64,000 nucleotides of DNA from Pseudomonadales bacterium (GTDB lineage Bacteria > Pseudomonadota > Gammaproteobacteria > Pseudomonadales > JAUIET01): assembly GCA_045105115.1 (NCBI GenBank), contig JBGCDE010000065.1:33464-97463 (forward strand). The letters are read 5' to 3'. Below the pieces are notes generated by a model, which worked only from the letters and a program-made list of their open reading frames with translations, ran no database searches and had not been told where the DNA came from. A program made the position numbers and the translations under genes. Positions 39,921 through 50,153 of the stretch are shown one piece after another. Within the stretch, counting starts at the first letter, position 1. The number at the start of each line of letters is the position of its first letter.

Positions 39921-40733
39921 GTGCCCGAACTGCCCGAAGTTGAAACCACCCGGCGAGGTCTCGCACCTCATGTAGTGGGCGCACGGGTTGAATACGCCAT
40001 TGTGCGCGACCGACGTATGCGTTGGCCGGTTGAAACCGATCTTGAGCAACGCTTGTTTGGTTTAACCCTGCGTCAATTGGATCGCCGCGCGAAATACCTG
40101 CTGTTTGACTTCGAAACCGGGCAATTGATGATTCATCTCGGCATGTCGGGCAGCTTGCGACTGGTTGAACGAAACGAGGAGCCAGGTAAGCACGACCACT
40201 TTGATCTTCGCTTTGATAATGGCTTGACCATGCGTTTTCGCGATCCGCGCCGCTTTGGTTCGATTCATTGGCTACCAGACCATGGTTCGCACAGTTTGTT
40301 GGAAAAGCTGGGTCCAGAGCCATTGTCTGACGATTTAACGGCCAGGTACTTATTCAATCGCTCCAGGGGGCGATCGGTCGCTATCAAGAACTTTATTATG
40401 GATAACCACGTGGTAGTGGGTGTGGGTAACATCTACGCGACAGAGGCCTTGTTTCGTGCAGGCATATCGCCCAAGCGGGCAGCTGGCAAGGTAGCATTGC
40501 CGCGCTATGAACGCCTTGAGCAGGCAATTCGAGCCGTACTGGCTGAGGCTATTGACCAGGGCGGCACCACACTCAGGGACTTTGTTGGTGGCACCGGTGA
40601 CGCGGGCTACTTCAGCTTATCGTTGCAGGCCTACGGCCGCGAAGGCGAACCATGCGACGTTTGTGGAACTCAGATGAAAGGGCTAAGGCTTGGGCAGCGG
40701 GCTACTGTTTATTGTCCCAAGTGCCAACGTTGA
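39921..40733 (+). CDS. mutM: Formamidopyrimidine-DNA glycosylase
   Basis: PELPEVET, HLGMSG, DPRRFG, GVGNIYA, C-terminal zinc finger. Confidence 0.97.
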   Translation: MPELPEVETTRRGLAPHVVGARVEYAIVRDRRMRWPVETDLEQRLFGLTLRQLDRRAKYLLFDFETGQLMIHLGMSGSLRLVERNEEPGKHDHFDLRFDNGLTMRFRDPRRFGSIHWLPDHGSHSLLEKLGPEPLSDDLTARYLFNRSRGRSVAIKNFIMDNHVVVGVGNIYATEALFRAGISPKRAAGKVALPRYERLEQAIRAVLAEAIDQGGTTLRDFVGGTGDAGYFSLSLQAYGREGEPCDVCGTQMKGLRLGQRATVYCPKCQR

Positions 40734-40762
40734 AGGAAAAGGTGCCTAAGCGAAGTCGACAC

Positions 40763-41302
<540 letters not shown>

Positions 41303-41341
41303 CTAACACCAACGCGGTTACGACAATTACTTACCTGGGGC

Positions 41342-41950
41342 TCAGGCGCAGCTCTGATTGTGACTCTCGGGGAGCAGCTGCGCGAGCAAATAACGGTTGT
41401 TTCCGGCAGTCAGAGTCTTGGTAATCGACAGTTGGTCTGGTAGTGAGGGCTCACTACCAATCTGAAACTCTGTATACAAGAGACCGTTTGCCGCGAGCAG
41501 CTTGGATGCTAATAAAGCCTCAATACTGGGCTGCTGTAGGCGTGAGTCGTAGGGTGGGTCAATGAATACAATGTCAAACCTGCTGCTTTGTTTGGCAGCG
41601 TGCTCAATCCATCGTAAAAATGCTTGTTGGTGAACGGCGGCGTTTTCGGCCTCTAGCGTGTCTAAATGCTGCTTGAGTTGCCGGCAAACCTGTGACGAGC
41701 TATCGACGAAAGTGGCATCCGCGGCTCCGCGTGACAGGCTTTCCAAACCCAAAACACCGCTGCCACAGTAGGCGTCCAGCACCCTTGCACGCGATAATTC
41801 CGCCTGCAGCCAATTGAAAACTGTCTCTCGAACCCGATCTGGCGTTGGCCGCAAGCCCTCTATTGGGGGAAATTCCAGTTTACGGCGCCGCCAACGACCA
41901 CCGATAATGCGCACGGTGTTGTTTGCATTGTTGCCTGCTTTACGGTTCAT
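41342..41950 (-). CDS. rsmD: 16S rRNA m2G966 methyltransferase
   Basis: VRIIGGRWR, LRPTPDRVRETVFNWL, DPPY. Confidence 0.95.
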   Translation of the reverse strand: MNRKAGNNANNTVRIIGGRWRRRKLEFPPIEGLRPTPDRVRETVFNWLQAELSRARVLDAYCGSGVLGLESLSRGAADATFVDSSSQVCRQLKQHLDTLEAENAAVHQQAFLRWIEHAAKQSSRFDIVFIDPPYDSRLQQPSIEALLASKLLAANGLLYTEFQIGSEPSLPDQLSITKTLTAGNNRYLLAQLLPESHNQSCA

Positions 41951-42033
41951 GCGGCCTGCTGTTAGTAGGGTGCTGCCAAAGTGGTTACGCAGTGTAAACA
42001 GTCGCTTCCATGAATTCAAAATCGGCAGTGTCA

Positions 42034-43125
42034 ATGGGATGGTTTAGTAAAAAGTCTAAGGACGGCGATGAAGCAGACGCACAGGCAGGTGCGGATGCCG
42101 AGCTGGAAAGTCAGTCAGTGGCAGAGCCTGAGAAAGTGGCAGAAGTCGAAGCGCCTGAGGTCGCAGCAAGTGAGGAGATAGAGAGCAGCAAGCCAGGCTT
42201 GTTTGCGCGCCTGTCACGAGGTTTGAGAAAAACCGGTTCCACCTTCACTGATGGTGTGGGCGAGCTGCTGCTCGGTAAGAAGGAAATCGACGACGATTTG
42301 TTGGAAGAGCTTGAAACCTTGCTGATCACCGCCGACCTAGGCATGGAGGCTACCGCCGAGATTGTCGAAAACCTGACCCGCAGCGTGCGCCGTAAAGAAG
42401 TCGATGACCCTGAAGCCTTGTTGGAAGCGTTGCAGAGTGAACTGCGTGGCTTGCTGGCCTCGCAAGAGGCACCACTTGAGATAGACAACAGTAAATCGCC
42501 TTTCGTTATCTTGATGGTCGGTGTGAACGGTGTTGGTAAAACCACCACCATTGGCAAACTCGCAAAGCGCTTCCAAAGCGAAGGCAAGTCAGTGATGTTA
42601 GCCGCAGGGGATACCTTTAGGGCAGCAGCTGTTGAACAACTTCAAGTATGGGGTGAACGCAACGACGTGCCAGTGGTGGCGCAGCATACCGGTGCCGACA
42701 GCGCCTCTGTATTGTTTGATGCCTTGGAAGCGGCCAAAGCGCGCAATGTAGATGTGTTACTCGCTGACACAGCTGGTCGCCTGCATAACAAAAGCCAGTT
42801 AATGGATGAGCTAAAAAAAGTGGTACGTGTGCTGAAAAAAATTGATCCGGAGGCGCCACACGAAGTGATGCTGGTATTGGACGCCGGCACCGGTCAAAAC
42901 GCCTTAAGCCAGGCCAAGTATTTTCAGGAAGACGTAGGTGTCACCGGTTTGACCTTGACCAAGCTCGATGGCACCGCCAAAGGCGGCATGATTTTCGCGA
43001 TCGGCAAGCAGCTGGATCTACCGATTCGGTACATTGGCGTTGGCGAACAGGTCGATGACCTGCGCGTGTTTCATTCTGATGAGTTTGTATCTGCGCTGTT
43101 TGCCGGCCATTCGCTGGATATTTGA
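42034..43125 (+). CDS. ftsY: Signal recognition particle receptor
   Basis: GVNGVGKTTTIGKLA, DTFRAAA, DTAGR, TKLDGTAKGG. Confidence 0.97.
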   Translation: MGWFSKKSKDGDEADAQAGADAELESQSVAEPEKVAEVEAPEVAASEEIESSKPGLFARLSRGLRKTGSTFTDGVGELLLGKKEIDDDLLEELETLLITADLGMEATAEIVENLTRSVRRKEVDDPEALLEALQSELRGLLASQEAPLEIDNSKSPFVILMVGVNGVGKTTTIGKLAKRFQSEGKSVMLAAGDTFRAAAVEQLQVWGERNDVPVVAQHTGADSASVLFDALEAAKARNVDVLLADTAGRLHNKSQLMDELKKVVRVLKKIDPEAPHEVMLVLDAGTGQNALSQAKYFQEDVGVTGLTLTKLDGTAKGGMIFAIGKQLDLPIRYIGVGEQVDDLRVFHSDEFVSALFAGHSLDI

Positions 43126-43134
43126 TACAAGCCG

Positions 43135-43860
43135 ATGATTATTTTTGACCGTGTCAGCAAGCAGTACCCGAATGGGCATCAAGCGCTGGCCGACGTGAGT
43201 GTCGAAATTGATCGTGGTGAAATGGTGTTTCTTACCGGGCGCTCCGGCGCTGGTAAAAGTACGTTACTTAAATTGATCATGCTGATGGAGCGAGCCAGCT
43301 CGGGTGAAGTGTCGGTTGCGGGACAAAATCTGAATACCTTTTCGCGCAGCGGCATTCCTTATCTTCGGCGCCAGATTGGGGTGGTTTTTCAGAACCATCA
43401 GCTGCTTCTGGATCGTTCGGTGTTTGATAACGTGGCATTGCCGTTGGAAATAGCTGGTTTTGAGCGGCGCGATATTGAACGTCGCGTTAGAGCGGCTCTG
43501 GCGAAAGTGGGGCTTGAAAACACCATGAAGCATTCTCCGCAGAATTTATCGGGTGGCGAACAGCAGCGTGTTGGTATAGCAAGGGCCGTGGTTAATAGGC
43601 CGAAAATACTGTTAGCTGACGAGCCAACAGGAAACCTGGATCCGGCGCTATCAGCCGATGTGATGGATATTTTTCAGCAATTTAGCCAAGTGGGTGTGAC
43701 TACCTTGATTGCCTCGCATGATCTCGCGTTGATAGCCAGATTGCAGCATCGCACCGTTACCCTGCAGCAAGGCCGCTTGTTTGAAAACACTGAAGTTAGT
43801 CGGCTTGCTGATGAACAGTCTAGTGAGGCAGCACAAGCACAGGGTGACACTTTTGGTTGA
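43135..43860 (+). CDS. ftsE: Cell division ATP-binding protein
   Basis: GRSGAGKST, LSGGEQQRV, LADEPTGNLD; ftsY-ftsE-ftsX order. Confidence 0.95.
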   Translation: MIIFDRVSKQYPNGHQALADVSVEIDRGEMVFLTGRSGAGKSTLLKLIMLMERASSGEVSVAGQNLNTFSRSGIPYLRRQIGVVFQNHQLLLDRSVFDNVALPLEIAGFERRDIERRVRAALAKVGLENTMKHSPQNLSGGEQQRVGIARAVVNRPKILLADEPTGNLDPALSADVMDIFQQFSQVGVTTLIASHDLALIARLQHRTVTLQQGRLFENTEVSRLADEQSSEAAQAQGDTFG

Positions 43861-44824
43861 TACCGCGCGTCGTGGCGCGAGCCAGAGCAGTGTTGGGTTT
43901 CGTGAGCAGCTGCGATCTTACTATTCGCACCACTGGCTAACGTTTACCGAAAGCTGGCGACGTTTGTGGTCAACGCCAATGAGTACTTTGCTTACCTGGC
44001 TGTTGGTCGGTGTTGCCTTGTCCCTACCTAGCGGTTTGTATGTGCTATTGAGTAATGCCGAGAGCTTACGCGAAGACTGGCAAGGGTCTGCGCAAATATC
44101 ACTGTATCTGTCTTCTTCCGCGTCAATTGATGCCGGTGAAGCGCTCGCCAGCGAGCTAGGTAAACGCGAGGCTGTGCAGTCGGCCGAATACCTGTCGAGC
44201 GAGCGGGCGTTGCAGGAATTCGAATTGCGCTCAGGCATGGTCGGGATCACTGCAGGCTTCGACGAGAATCCCATACCTGCCTCTATCGCGCTTATTCTCG
44301 CGCCGTCAGATAACTTGCCAGCCGAGAGCCAGACGCTGCAGAAAGAACTGTCTCAGCTTGACTTAGTTGACGAGGCGCAACTTGATCAGCAATGGCTGGA
44401 ACGTCTGTACCAGTTGATGCAGCTGATGGAACGAATGGCCTGGGCGCTGGCGATTTTGCTGTCGGTGGCCATTGTGTTGATTATTGGCAACACGATACGC
44501 CTCAGTATTGAGAATCGTCGCGCTGAAATTCTGATCGTTAAGCTCACTGGCGGCACCAACGCGTACGTGCAACGCCCATTTATCTACTATGGCTTATTGT
44601 TCGGCTTGGGCGGTGGAGTGAGTTGCATGCTGATATTGACCGCGGTGTACTATTGGATTCAGCCGCCCTTGCAGGCTCTGAACGCGGCCTACGGAGGTGG
44701 CTTTGGCTTGCAGGGCCCTGGCGTACTGGATGCAGTTTTGCTGATATCCATCGCGTCGATGTTGGGTGTTGTTGGTGCCTGGGTGGCTGTGTATCGACAT
44801 CTTAGGGGAATTGAGCCGGAATAG
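43853..44824 (+). CDS. ftsX: Cell division permease
   Basis: Four TMs, IGNTIRLSIENRRAEI, RPFIYYG; TTG start overlapping ftsE. Confidence 0.93.
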   Translation: MVDTARRGASQSSVGFREQLRSYYSHHWLTFTESWRRLWSTPMSTLLTWLLVGVALSLPSGLYVLLSNAESLREDWQGSAQISLYLSSSASIDAGEALASELGKREAVQSAEYLSSERALQEFELRSGMVGITAGFDENPIPASIALILAPSDNLPAESQTLQKELSQLDLVDEAQLDQQWLERLYQLMQLMERMAWALAILLSVAIVLIIGNTIRLSIENRRAEILIVKLTGGTNAYVQRPFIYYGLLFGLGGGVSCMLILTAVYYWIQPPLQALNAAYGGGFGLQGPGVLDAVLLISIASMLGVVGAWVAVYRHLRGIEPE

Positions 44825-44865
44825 AGGTCAAATAATGATCAATTAGGGTGTCGTTTACCTTGCTG

Positions 44866-44894
44866 CCCTTGAAATCCGCTAATACGCCCCAAAA
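44866..44894 (+). promoter_or_regulatory. Putative sigma32 promoter upstream of rpoH
   Basis: CCCTTGAA-N13-CCCCAAAA; consensus CTTGAA-N13-17-CCCCATNT. Confidence 0.6.
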
Positions 44895-44927
44895 TAGTGA
44901 TTAATCCGTTAAATATTAAGAGCTTAG

Positions 44928-44954
44928 GGAACTTTGCCTAAATTAGCACTCTAA
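44928..44954 (+). promoter_or_regulatory. Putative sigmaE/AlgU promoter upstream of rpoH
   Basis: GGAACTT-N15-TCTAA (spacer one shorter than the usual 16). Confidence 0.45.
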
Positions 44955-44969
44955 TTACAGGAGTGCTAG
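44943..44969 (+). promoter_or_regulatory. CIRCE operator (HrcA site)
   Basis: TTAGCACTC-TAATTACAG-GAGTGCTAG: 17/18 match to TTAGCACTC-N9-GAGTGCTAA, 24 nt before the rpoH ATG. Confidence 0.9.
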
Positions 44970-44993
44970 AATAGGACACATAGGAACACAACG

Positions 44994-45866
44994 ATGGGAC
45001 AACTGATGAAAACCTCGCAAAACAGCATGATACCTGCGCCGATGTTGGTGCCCGGTGCCAATCTGGGTGCGTACATTCAATCGATTGGTTCAATTCCTGT
45101 ATTAAGCCGTGAGCGAGAACAGGAGTTAGCTGAATCCTACTACTATCAGGAAGATCTGGAAGCGGCGCGCGAGCTGGTTATTTCTCACCTGCGCTTCGTG
45201 GTGCACATTGCAAAAAGCTACAGCGGTTATGGATTGTCACAAGCCGACCTGATTCAGGAAGGCAACGTTGGTTTGATGAAGGCCGTTAAGCGTTTCAACC
45301 CTGAGAAAGGTGTACGCCTGGTGTCGTTTGCCGTGCACTGGATAAAAGCCGAGATTCACGAGTACGTGATTCGCAACTGGCGCATCGTAAAAATCGCCAC
45401 CACCAAGGCGCAACGAAAACTGTTTTTCAATTTGCGCAGCAACAAGAAAAAACTGGCTTGGCTCAGTCATGATGAAGCCAAAGCCGTCGCTAAAGATTTA
45501 GGCGTTGAATTAAAAGACGTGCAACAAATGGAAGGCCGGCTTGCTGCCAGCGATATGACGTTTGATGCACCCACTGACGCTGATGACGAGAACGCATACG
45601 CCCCGGTTCATTATCTGGAAGACAGTAACGCAGACCCTGCGCAACGTCTTGAAGACGAAGATTGGGAGGCCAACACGCAGCAAAAACTCTATTCGGCCAT
45701 CAGTGAGCTGGATGAGCGAAGCAGTGATATTTTGCGTAAACGTTGGTTAGCCGAGAGTAAAGCTACATTGCATGAGCTTGCAGCAGAGTATGGAGTTTCC
45801 GCTGAGCGTATTCGCCAGCTGGAACAGAATGCAATGAAGAAAGTAAAAACTGCCCTAGTCGCATAA
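44994..45866 (+). CDS. rpoH: Heat-shock sigma factor sigma32
   Basis: [14 protein letters not shown], RpoH box [19 protein letters not shown]; downstream of ftsX. Confidence 0.97.
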   Translation: MGQLMKTSQNSMIPAPMLVPGANLGAYIQSIGSIPVLSREREQELAESYYYQEDLEAARELVISHLRFVVHIAKSYSGYGLSQADLIQEGNVGLMKAVKRFNPEKGVRLVSFAVHWIKAEIHEYVIRNWRIVKIATTKAQRKLFFNLRSNKKKLAWLSHDEAKAVAKDLGVELKDVQQMEGRLAASDMTFDAPTDADDENAYAPVHYLEDSNADPAQRLEDEDWEANTQQKLYSAISELDERSSDILRKRWLAESKATLHELAAEYGVSAERIRQLEQNAMKKVKTALVA

Positions 45867-45885
45867 CACTCGCGAGTAAGTACCC

Positions 45886-46269
45886 ATGGCAAAATTTGCA
45901 TTAATGGCCGGCAGCTTGTCAGGCCTTTTTGCTGTGGTGTTTGGCGCATTTGGCGCGCATGCCTTAAAAGCGCGTTTGTCAGCGGAATCACTGGCGGCTT
46001 TTCAAACCGGCGTTCAATATCAAATGTTCCATGCACTGGCCTTGGTGCTGACAGGGCTGCTGATGCTTCATTTTCGTGACAGCGCTTCTCTCGATTGGGC
46101 GGCGCGTCTATTTCTTACAGGCATTGTGCTGTTTTCAGGATCCATCTACCTGTTAACGCTAACGGATATGCGCTGGCCTGGTCCAATTACACCATTAGGT
46201 GGCTTATGTTTCATCGCCGCCTGGGCCATGTTGGCAAATACCGCGTATCGCCTTAACGTGTTGCCTTAA
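45886..46269 (+). CDS. DUF423 (YgdD/TMEM256) membrane protein
   Basis: GAFGAHALK, TGVQYQMFHAL, LFSGSIY, ITPLGG. Confidence 0.92.
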   Translation: MAKFALMAGSLSGLFAVVFGAFGAHALKARLSAESLAAFQTGVQYQMFHALALVLTGLLMLHFRDSASLDWAARLFLTGIVLFSGSIYLLTLTDMRWPGPITPLGGLCFIAAWAMLANTAYRLNVLP

Positions 46270-46283
46270 TTCCAGATAGAAAC

Positions 46284-46988
46284 ATGACCTCCGCTCAAGA
46301 TAAGGACGAGTCGAAAAAACACCGCGCTATTCGCAGCTTTGTGCTGCGCACCGGCCGCATGACGGCTGCTCAGTCAGATGCTCTTGACGCTAACTGGGCA
46401 CAGTTCGGACTGGAGTTAGAGCAAGGCTTGATCGCGCCTGATACGTTGTTTGGTCGACGCGCGGAACTGGTGGTAGAAATCGGCTTTGGTATGGGCGATT
46501 CCTTGTTGGAAATGGCACTAGTGGACCCTGAGCGTGATTTCATAGGCATTGAGGTACACACACCCGGTGTCGGGCGTCTTCTTGCTGGTGCCGCGGAACA
46601 CGGTCTAACAAACCTGCGTGTGTACAGAGCCGATGCAATAGCGGTGTTGAACCAGTGTCTGTCCAACCAGAGCATCGATCGTTTGCAACTGTATTTCCCC
46701 GACCCGTGGCCGAAGCAGCGTCACCATAAGCGTCGTATTGTTCAACAATCGTTTCTGGACTTACTGACGCTAAAACTAAAGCCAGGAGCCAGTCTGCATA
46801 TAGCAACCGACTGGCAGCCTTATGCAGAGTATTGTTTAACGCTGTTGGAACAACAGACCCGCTGGAAAAACAAAGCTGGGAAAGGGCAATTCACTGCAAG
46901 ACCAGACTTCCGGCCTGAGACTAAATTTGAACGGCGTGGAACGAAGCTTGGGCATGGGGTGTGGGATTTAATATTCTTGTTGGATTAA
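46284..46988 (+). CDS. trmB: tRNA (guanine-N7)-methyltransferase
   Basis: IRSFVLRTGR, EIGFGMG, FPDPWPKQRHHKRR, ATDW, TKFE. Confidence 0.96.
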   Translation: MTSAQDKDESKKHRAIRSFVLRTGRMTAAQSDALDANWAQFGLELEQGLIAPDTLFGRRAELVVEIGFGMGDSLLEMALVDPERDFIGIEVHTPGVGRLLAGAAEHGLTNLRVYRADAIAVLNQCLSNQSIDRLQLYFPDPWPKQRHHKRRIVQQSFLDLLTLKLKPGASLHIATDWQPYAEYCLTLLEQQTRWKNKAGKGQFTARPDFRPETKFERRGTKLGHGVWDLIFLLD

Positions 46989-47040
46989 CACTCATTCTAA
47001 ATCCCGCATCCAAATAGCCCCATGATTAAGGCCGCGAATT

Positions 47041-47730
47041 ATGCACAATGAAACAGAAATGCGCCTCAACGCGAACTTCGATGAACGCACCGTTATGACG
47101 CCGGAAGATTACCAGTGGGTGGCGTCACCCATGCCGGGTGTTGAACGGATGATGCTCGATCGCGTAGGCGACGAGGTGGCCAGAGCAACCAGCATAGTGC
47201 GGTACGCACCAAACAGTGAATTTTCATCTCATGCGCACACGGGTGGCGAAGAATTTCTTGTTCTGGAAGGTGTGTTCTCTGATGAGCATGCGGATTATCG
47301 CGCAGGTTCTTATGTGAGAAACCCGATTGGTACGGCGCACACGCCAAGGGTTGGACCGGAAGGCGCTACCATATTTGTTAAGCTGCAACAGTTTGAGCGG
47401 GATGATCAGGATCAGAAATGGATAGACACCAACACTACTGCGTGGCGTCCTGGTTTAGTGCCTGGTCTTGCGGTGATGCCACTTCATGAATTCGAAGGTG
47501 AGAGTGTCGCGTTGGTCAGGTGGGATCCTGACACGCAATTTAAACAGCATACCCATTGGGGCGGTGAAGAAATTTTGGTGTTGGAAGGCATGTTTCATGA
47601 TGAACACGGCGCCTACCCGAAAGGAAGCTGGCTGCGCAGCCCGCACTTAAGCAGCCATCAACCCTTTACCAAAGAAGATGGCGCGCTGATTTATGTAAAG
47701 GTCGGCCACCTTAACGCTAAGGAATCCTAG
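47041..47730 (+). CDS. ChrR-like double-cupin protein
   Basis: Two cupin repeats (HAHTGGEEFLVLEG; HTHWGGEEILVLEG); VERMMLDRVGDEVARATSIVRY; start may be 47059. Confidence 0.88.
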   Translation: MHNETEMRLNANFDERTVMTPEDYQWVASPMPGVERMMLDRVGDEVARATSIVRYAPNSEFSSHAHTGGEEFLVLEGVFSDEHADYRAGSYVRNPIGTAHTPRVGPEGATIFVKLQQFERDDQDQKWIDTNTTAWRPGLVPGLAVMPLHEFEGESVALVRWDPDTQFKQHTHWGGEEILVLEGMFHDEHGAYPKGSWLRSPHLSSHQPFTKEDGALIYVKVGHLNAKES

Positions 47731-48176
47731 GTATCTCCAACTGCGTCTTCTGCGATTGCCTTAAACTCGTTCAGTTGTTCCAATAAGGAAATAAAGGAAT
47801 CCGGCATATCGTATTCTTTTAGCAAGCCAGTGAAGGACTCAATAAGCAGGTCAGGGTCGTTACAGGTTTTACTTAATGTGTTTAGATCCTCGAAGGTTTG
47901 ACCACCTTGAAACGTGCTGATCAGCTTTACTAGATTAACCAATACGTCAACGCTACCAAGCATTGCTGCTGCGCCATCCTCGCCAGTCGTATTTTCTCCC
48001 GCTGCTTTCAGCTGAGAGAGTATGCCGTCAGCATTGCCACGAAATTCCTGCATAGCCGAGTCAACGCGGGGCTTTATCCATTCCGCTGTGCAAATTTCTT
48101 CCGGCTTTGGCTGAGTAGCGCATGCCGAGGTGGTCAGTAACAGGCCAACAAGAAGTAAGCTTTTGTTCAGTCTCAT
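47727..48176 (-). CDS. Hypothetical lipoprotein
   Basis: MRLNKSLLLVGLLLTTSAC lipobox; helical body with two further Cys. Confidence 0.7.
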   Translation of the reverse strand: MRLNKSLLLVGLLLTTSACATQPKPEEICTAEWIKPRVDSAMQEFRGNADGILSQLKAAGENTTGEDGAAAMLGSVDVLVNLVKLISTFQGGQTFEDLNTLSKTCNDPDLLIESFTGLLKEYDMPDSFISLLEQLNEFKAIAEDAVGDT

Positions 48177-48274
48177 CAGAATAATCCATGGTTCAATCCT
48201 ATAAGGTATGGAGTATCTACAAGAAATGGAAGCAGGAAGCGTAAAAACTTGTTGCACACACCCCATTCAAATCA

Positions 48275-48391
48275 TCAAGTGCTTACTGTGCATTCAGCCA
48301 CTGGCGACAATGCATGTCGGCGCCATGCGACCATCTCAGGATCGTGACTGAACTTAACCCAGCCTGATTCCGGGAATAAGGTGGCGCTCAT
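48275..48391 (-). pseudogene. 38-codon ORF, probable truncated gene remnant
   Basis: ATG 11 nt after the hemW stop; MSATLFPESGWVKFSHDPEMVAWRRHALSPVAECTVST*. Confidence 0.35.
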
Positions 48392-48402
48392 GTCAGCTTG
48401 TC

Positions 48403-49548
48403 TTACTCATCCAGAAAACGAGCGGTTACATCATTAAGAAATCGTTGCCCTAACGCGGTCGCTGAAATTCGCTGCTGATTATTTTCAAGTAAACCGTCGT
48501 GGATCAATTGCTCGATAGTCGCTGCAATGCTTGAGTAAGGAAGTCTGGTTCGAGCTTCAAATAACTCAATCTTAAAACCTTCAATCAATCGCAGCGCGTT
48601 GAGCATAAATTCAAAGGCCAGGTCTTGCCCTGTTAAATTTCGACGGCCGGCCTCTTTATCTGCTTCGCTCATGTAAGTATTCGGTTGACGCTGCTTCCAG
48701 TAACGGCCCACTGTAAATCCGTCAGATTCATCAACAGAAAATTTACCATGGGCACCCGCGCCAAGTGCAGCGTAATCTCCAAACTGCCAGTAGTTCAGAT
48801 TATGCTGGCAGCGTTCCCCTGAGGATGCATAAGCTGATACCTCGTATTGCATCAAGCCATTTGATGCTAACAAAGTGTGCCCAGCGTCCTGGATATCGGC
48901 AAGAATATCTTCATTCGGCAAGCTCGGCTGCGCGCTGTAAAATACGGTATTAGGTTCAATAGTCAGTTGATACCAGGAAAGGTGTGACGGCTTAAATGCA
49001 AGTGCCGTATGTAAATCAATGATTGCCTCAGCCTGCGTCTGGTTTGGCAAGCCGTGCATGAGATCGAGATTCCAGCGCTCAAAACCGGCATCAATAATTG
49101 ACCTGATTGCCCGTTGAGCTTCTTCAGCTGAGTGTATTCGTCCCAAAGCGCTCAGATGCTTATCGTCAAAGCTCTGAATACCTAGAGAAATTCGGTTCAC
49201 ACCGGCTGCTCGAAAAGCAGAGAATTTTTTCTGTTCGACCGTTCCCGGGTTTGCCTCCAGCGTTACTTCCGCATTAGTTGCTACGTGAAAGTTAGCAGCT
49301 ACCATTTCGAGAATTCGACCAATGCCCATAGCGCTGAACAAGCTTGGTGTGCCACCGCCAAAAAATACGCTATTGATCGTTCTATGCTTGAATCTTTGCG
49401 CTTCCTTGCTTATGTCTTGTTGCAGGGCCAGCAGGTAGCTTTCTTCCTGCAGCTGGCCGCCAAACTCATGTGAATTGAAATCACAGTAGGGGCACTTTCG
49501 CACACACCAGGGTATATGGATGTACAGACCTGCAGGAATATCACTCAC
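48403..49548 (-). CDS. hemW: Radical SAM haem chaperone
   Basis: LYIHIPWCVRKCPYCDFNSH, FFGGGTPS, HNLNYW. Confidence 0.95.
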   Translation of the reverse strand: MSDIPAGLYIHIPWCVRKCPYCDFNSHEFGGQLQEESYLLALQQDISKEAQRFKHRTINSVFFGGGTPSLFSAMGIGRILEMVAANFHVATNAEVTLEANPGTVEQKKFSAFRAAGVNRISLGIQSFDDKHLSALGRIHSAEEAQRAIRSIIDAGFERWNLDLMHGLPNQTQAEAIIDLHTALAFKPSHLSWYQLTIEPNTVFYSAQPSLPNEDILADIQDAGHTLLASNGLMQYEVSAYASSGERCQHNLNYWQFGDYAALGAGAHGKFSVDESDGFTVGRYWKQRQPNTYMSEADKEAGRRNLTGQDLAFEFMLNALRLIEGFKIELFEARTRLPYSSIAATIEQLIHDGLLENNQQRISATALGQRFLNDVTARFLDE

Positions 49549-50153
49549 TGTTCAGCAAGTTGCTGAATTAACAATTGCAGTGCGCGTCCACGATGGCTGA
49601 TCTGGTTTTTTCGATCACGCGGTAATTCAGCCGAAGTACATCCTTCCTGCTCAACATAAAACAGTGGGTCATAGCCAAAGCCTTCAGCGCCGCGTGGTTG
49701 GTCAAGAATACTTCCCCACCATGTGCCCTGACAGATCAGCGGCGTTGGGTCCAGTTCGTGACGCATTAACACCAGAACGCATTGGAAGCAGGCGCGTCGC
49801 TGCTCGCCTTTTAGTTCGCGCATGTTGTTCAGAAGTGCTGCATTGTTACTAGCATCGTTCGCATCAGCACCCGAATAACGTGCAGAATAAATACCAGGTG
49901 CGCCATTAAGTGCGGGCACTTCCAGGCCAGAATCATCCGCAAGTGCTGGCATGCCTGAGTGTTTGGCGGCGTGTCTCGCTTTGATAATGGCGTTTTCAAC
50001 AAAGCTCAAGCCATCTTCCACGGCGTCATCAATAGCAAATTCTGATTGTGGTTTACAGCGCACATCAATAGCGGAGAATATTCGCTCGAACTCGCGCAGC
50101 TTGCCCGGATTGGAGCTGGCAATCAGTATATTACTGCCGCGTTGCAAGCTCAT
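49545..50153 (-). CDS. rdgB: dITP/XTP pyrophosphatase
   Basis: ASSNPGKLRE, ADDSGL, GFGYDP, ISHRG. Confidence 0.96.
   Translation of the reverse strand: MSLQRGSNILIASSNPGKLREFERIFSAIDVRCKPQSEFAIDDAVEDGLSFVENAIIKARHAAKHSGMPALADDSGLEVPALNGAPGIYSARYSGADANDASNNAALLNNMRELKGEQRRACFQCVLVLMRHELDPTPLICQGTWWGSILDQPRGAEGFGYDPLFYVEQEGCTSAELPRDRKNQISHRGRALQLLIQQLAEQ

Noticed and set aside
39667-40323. 218-aa antisense ORF over rpmG/mutM, and similar long antisense ORFs (3169-3894, 12563-13123, 22233-22823)
   Set aside because: They overlap well-conserved genes on the opposite strand and have no motifs of their own.
45875-45886. GTAAGTACCCAT as a SlmA-binding site
   Set aside because: Only 9/12 to the E. 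coli consensus GTGAGTACTCAC; expected by chance in 64 kb.
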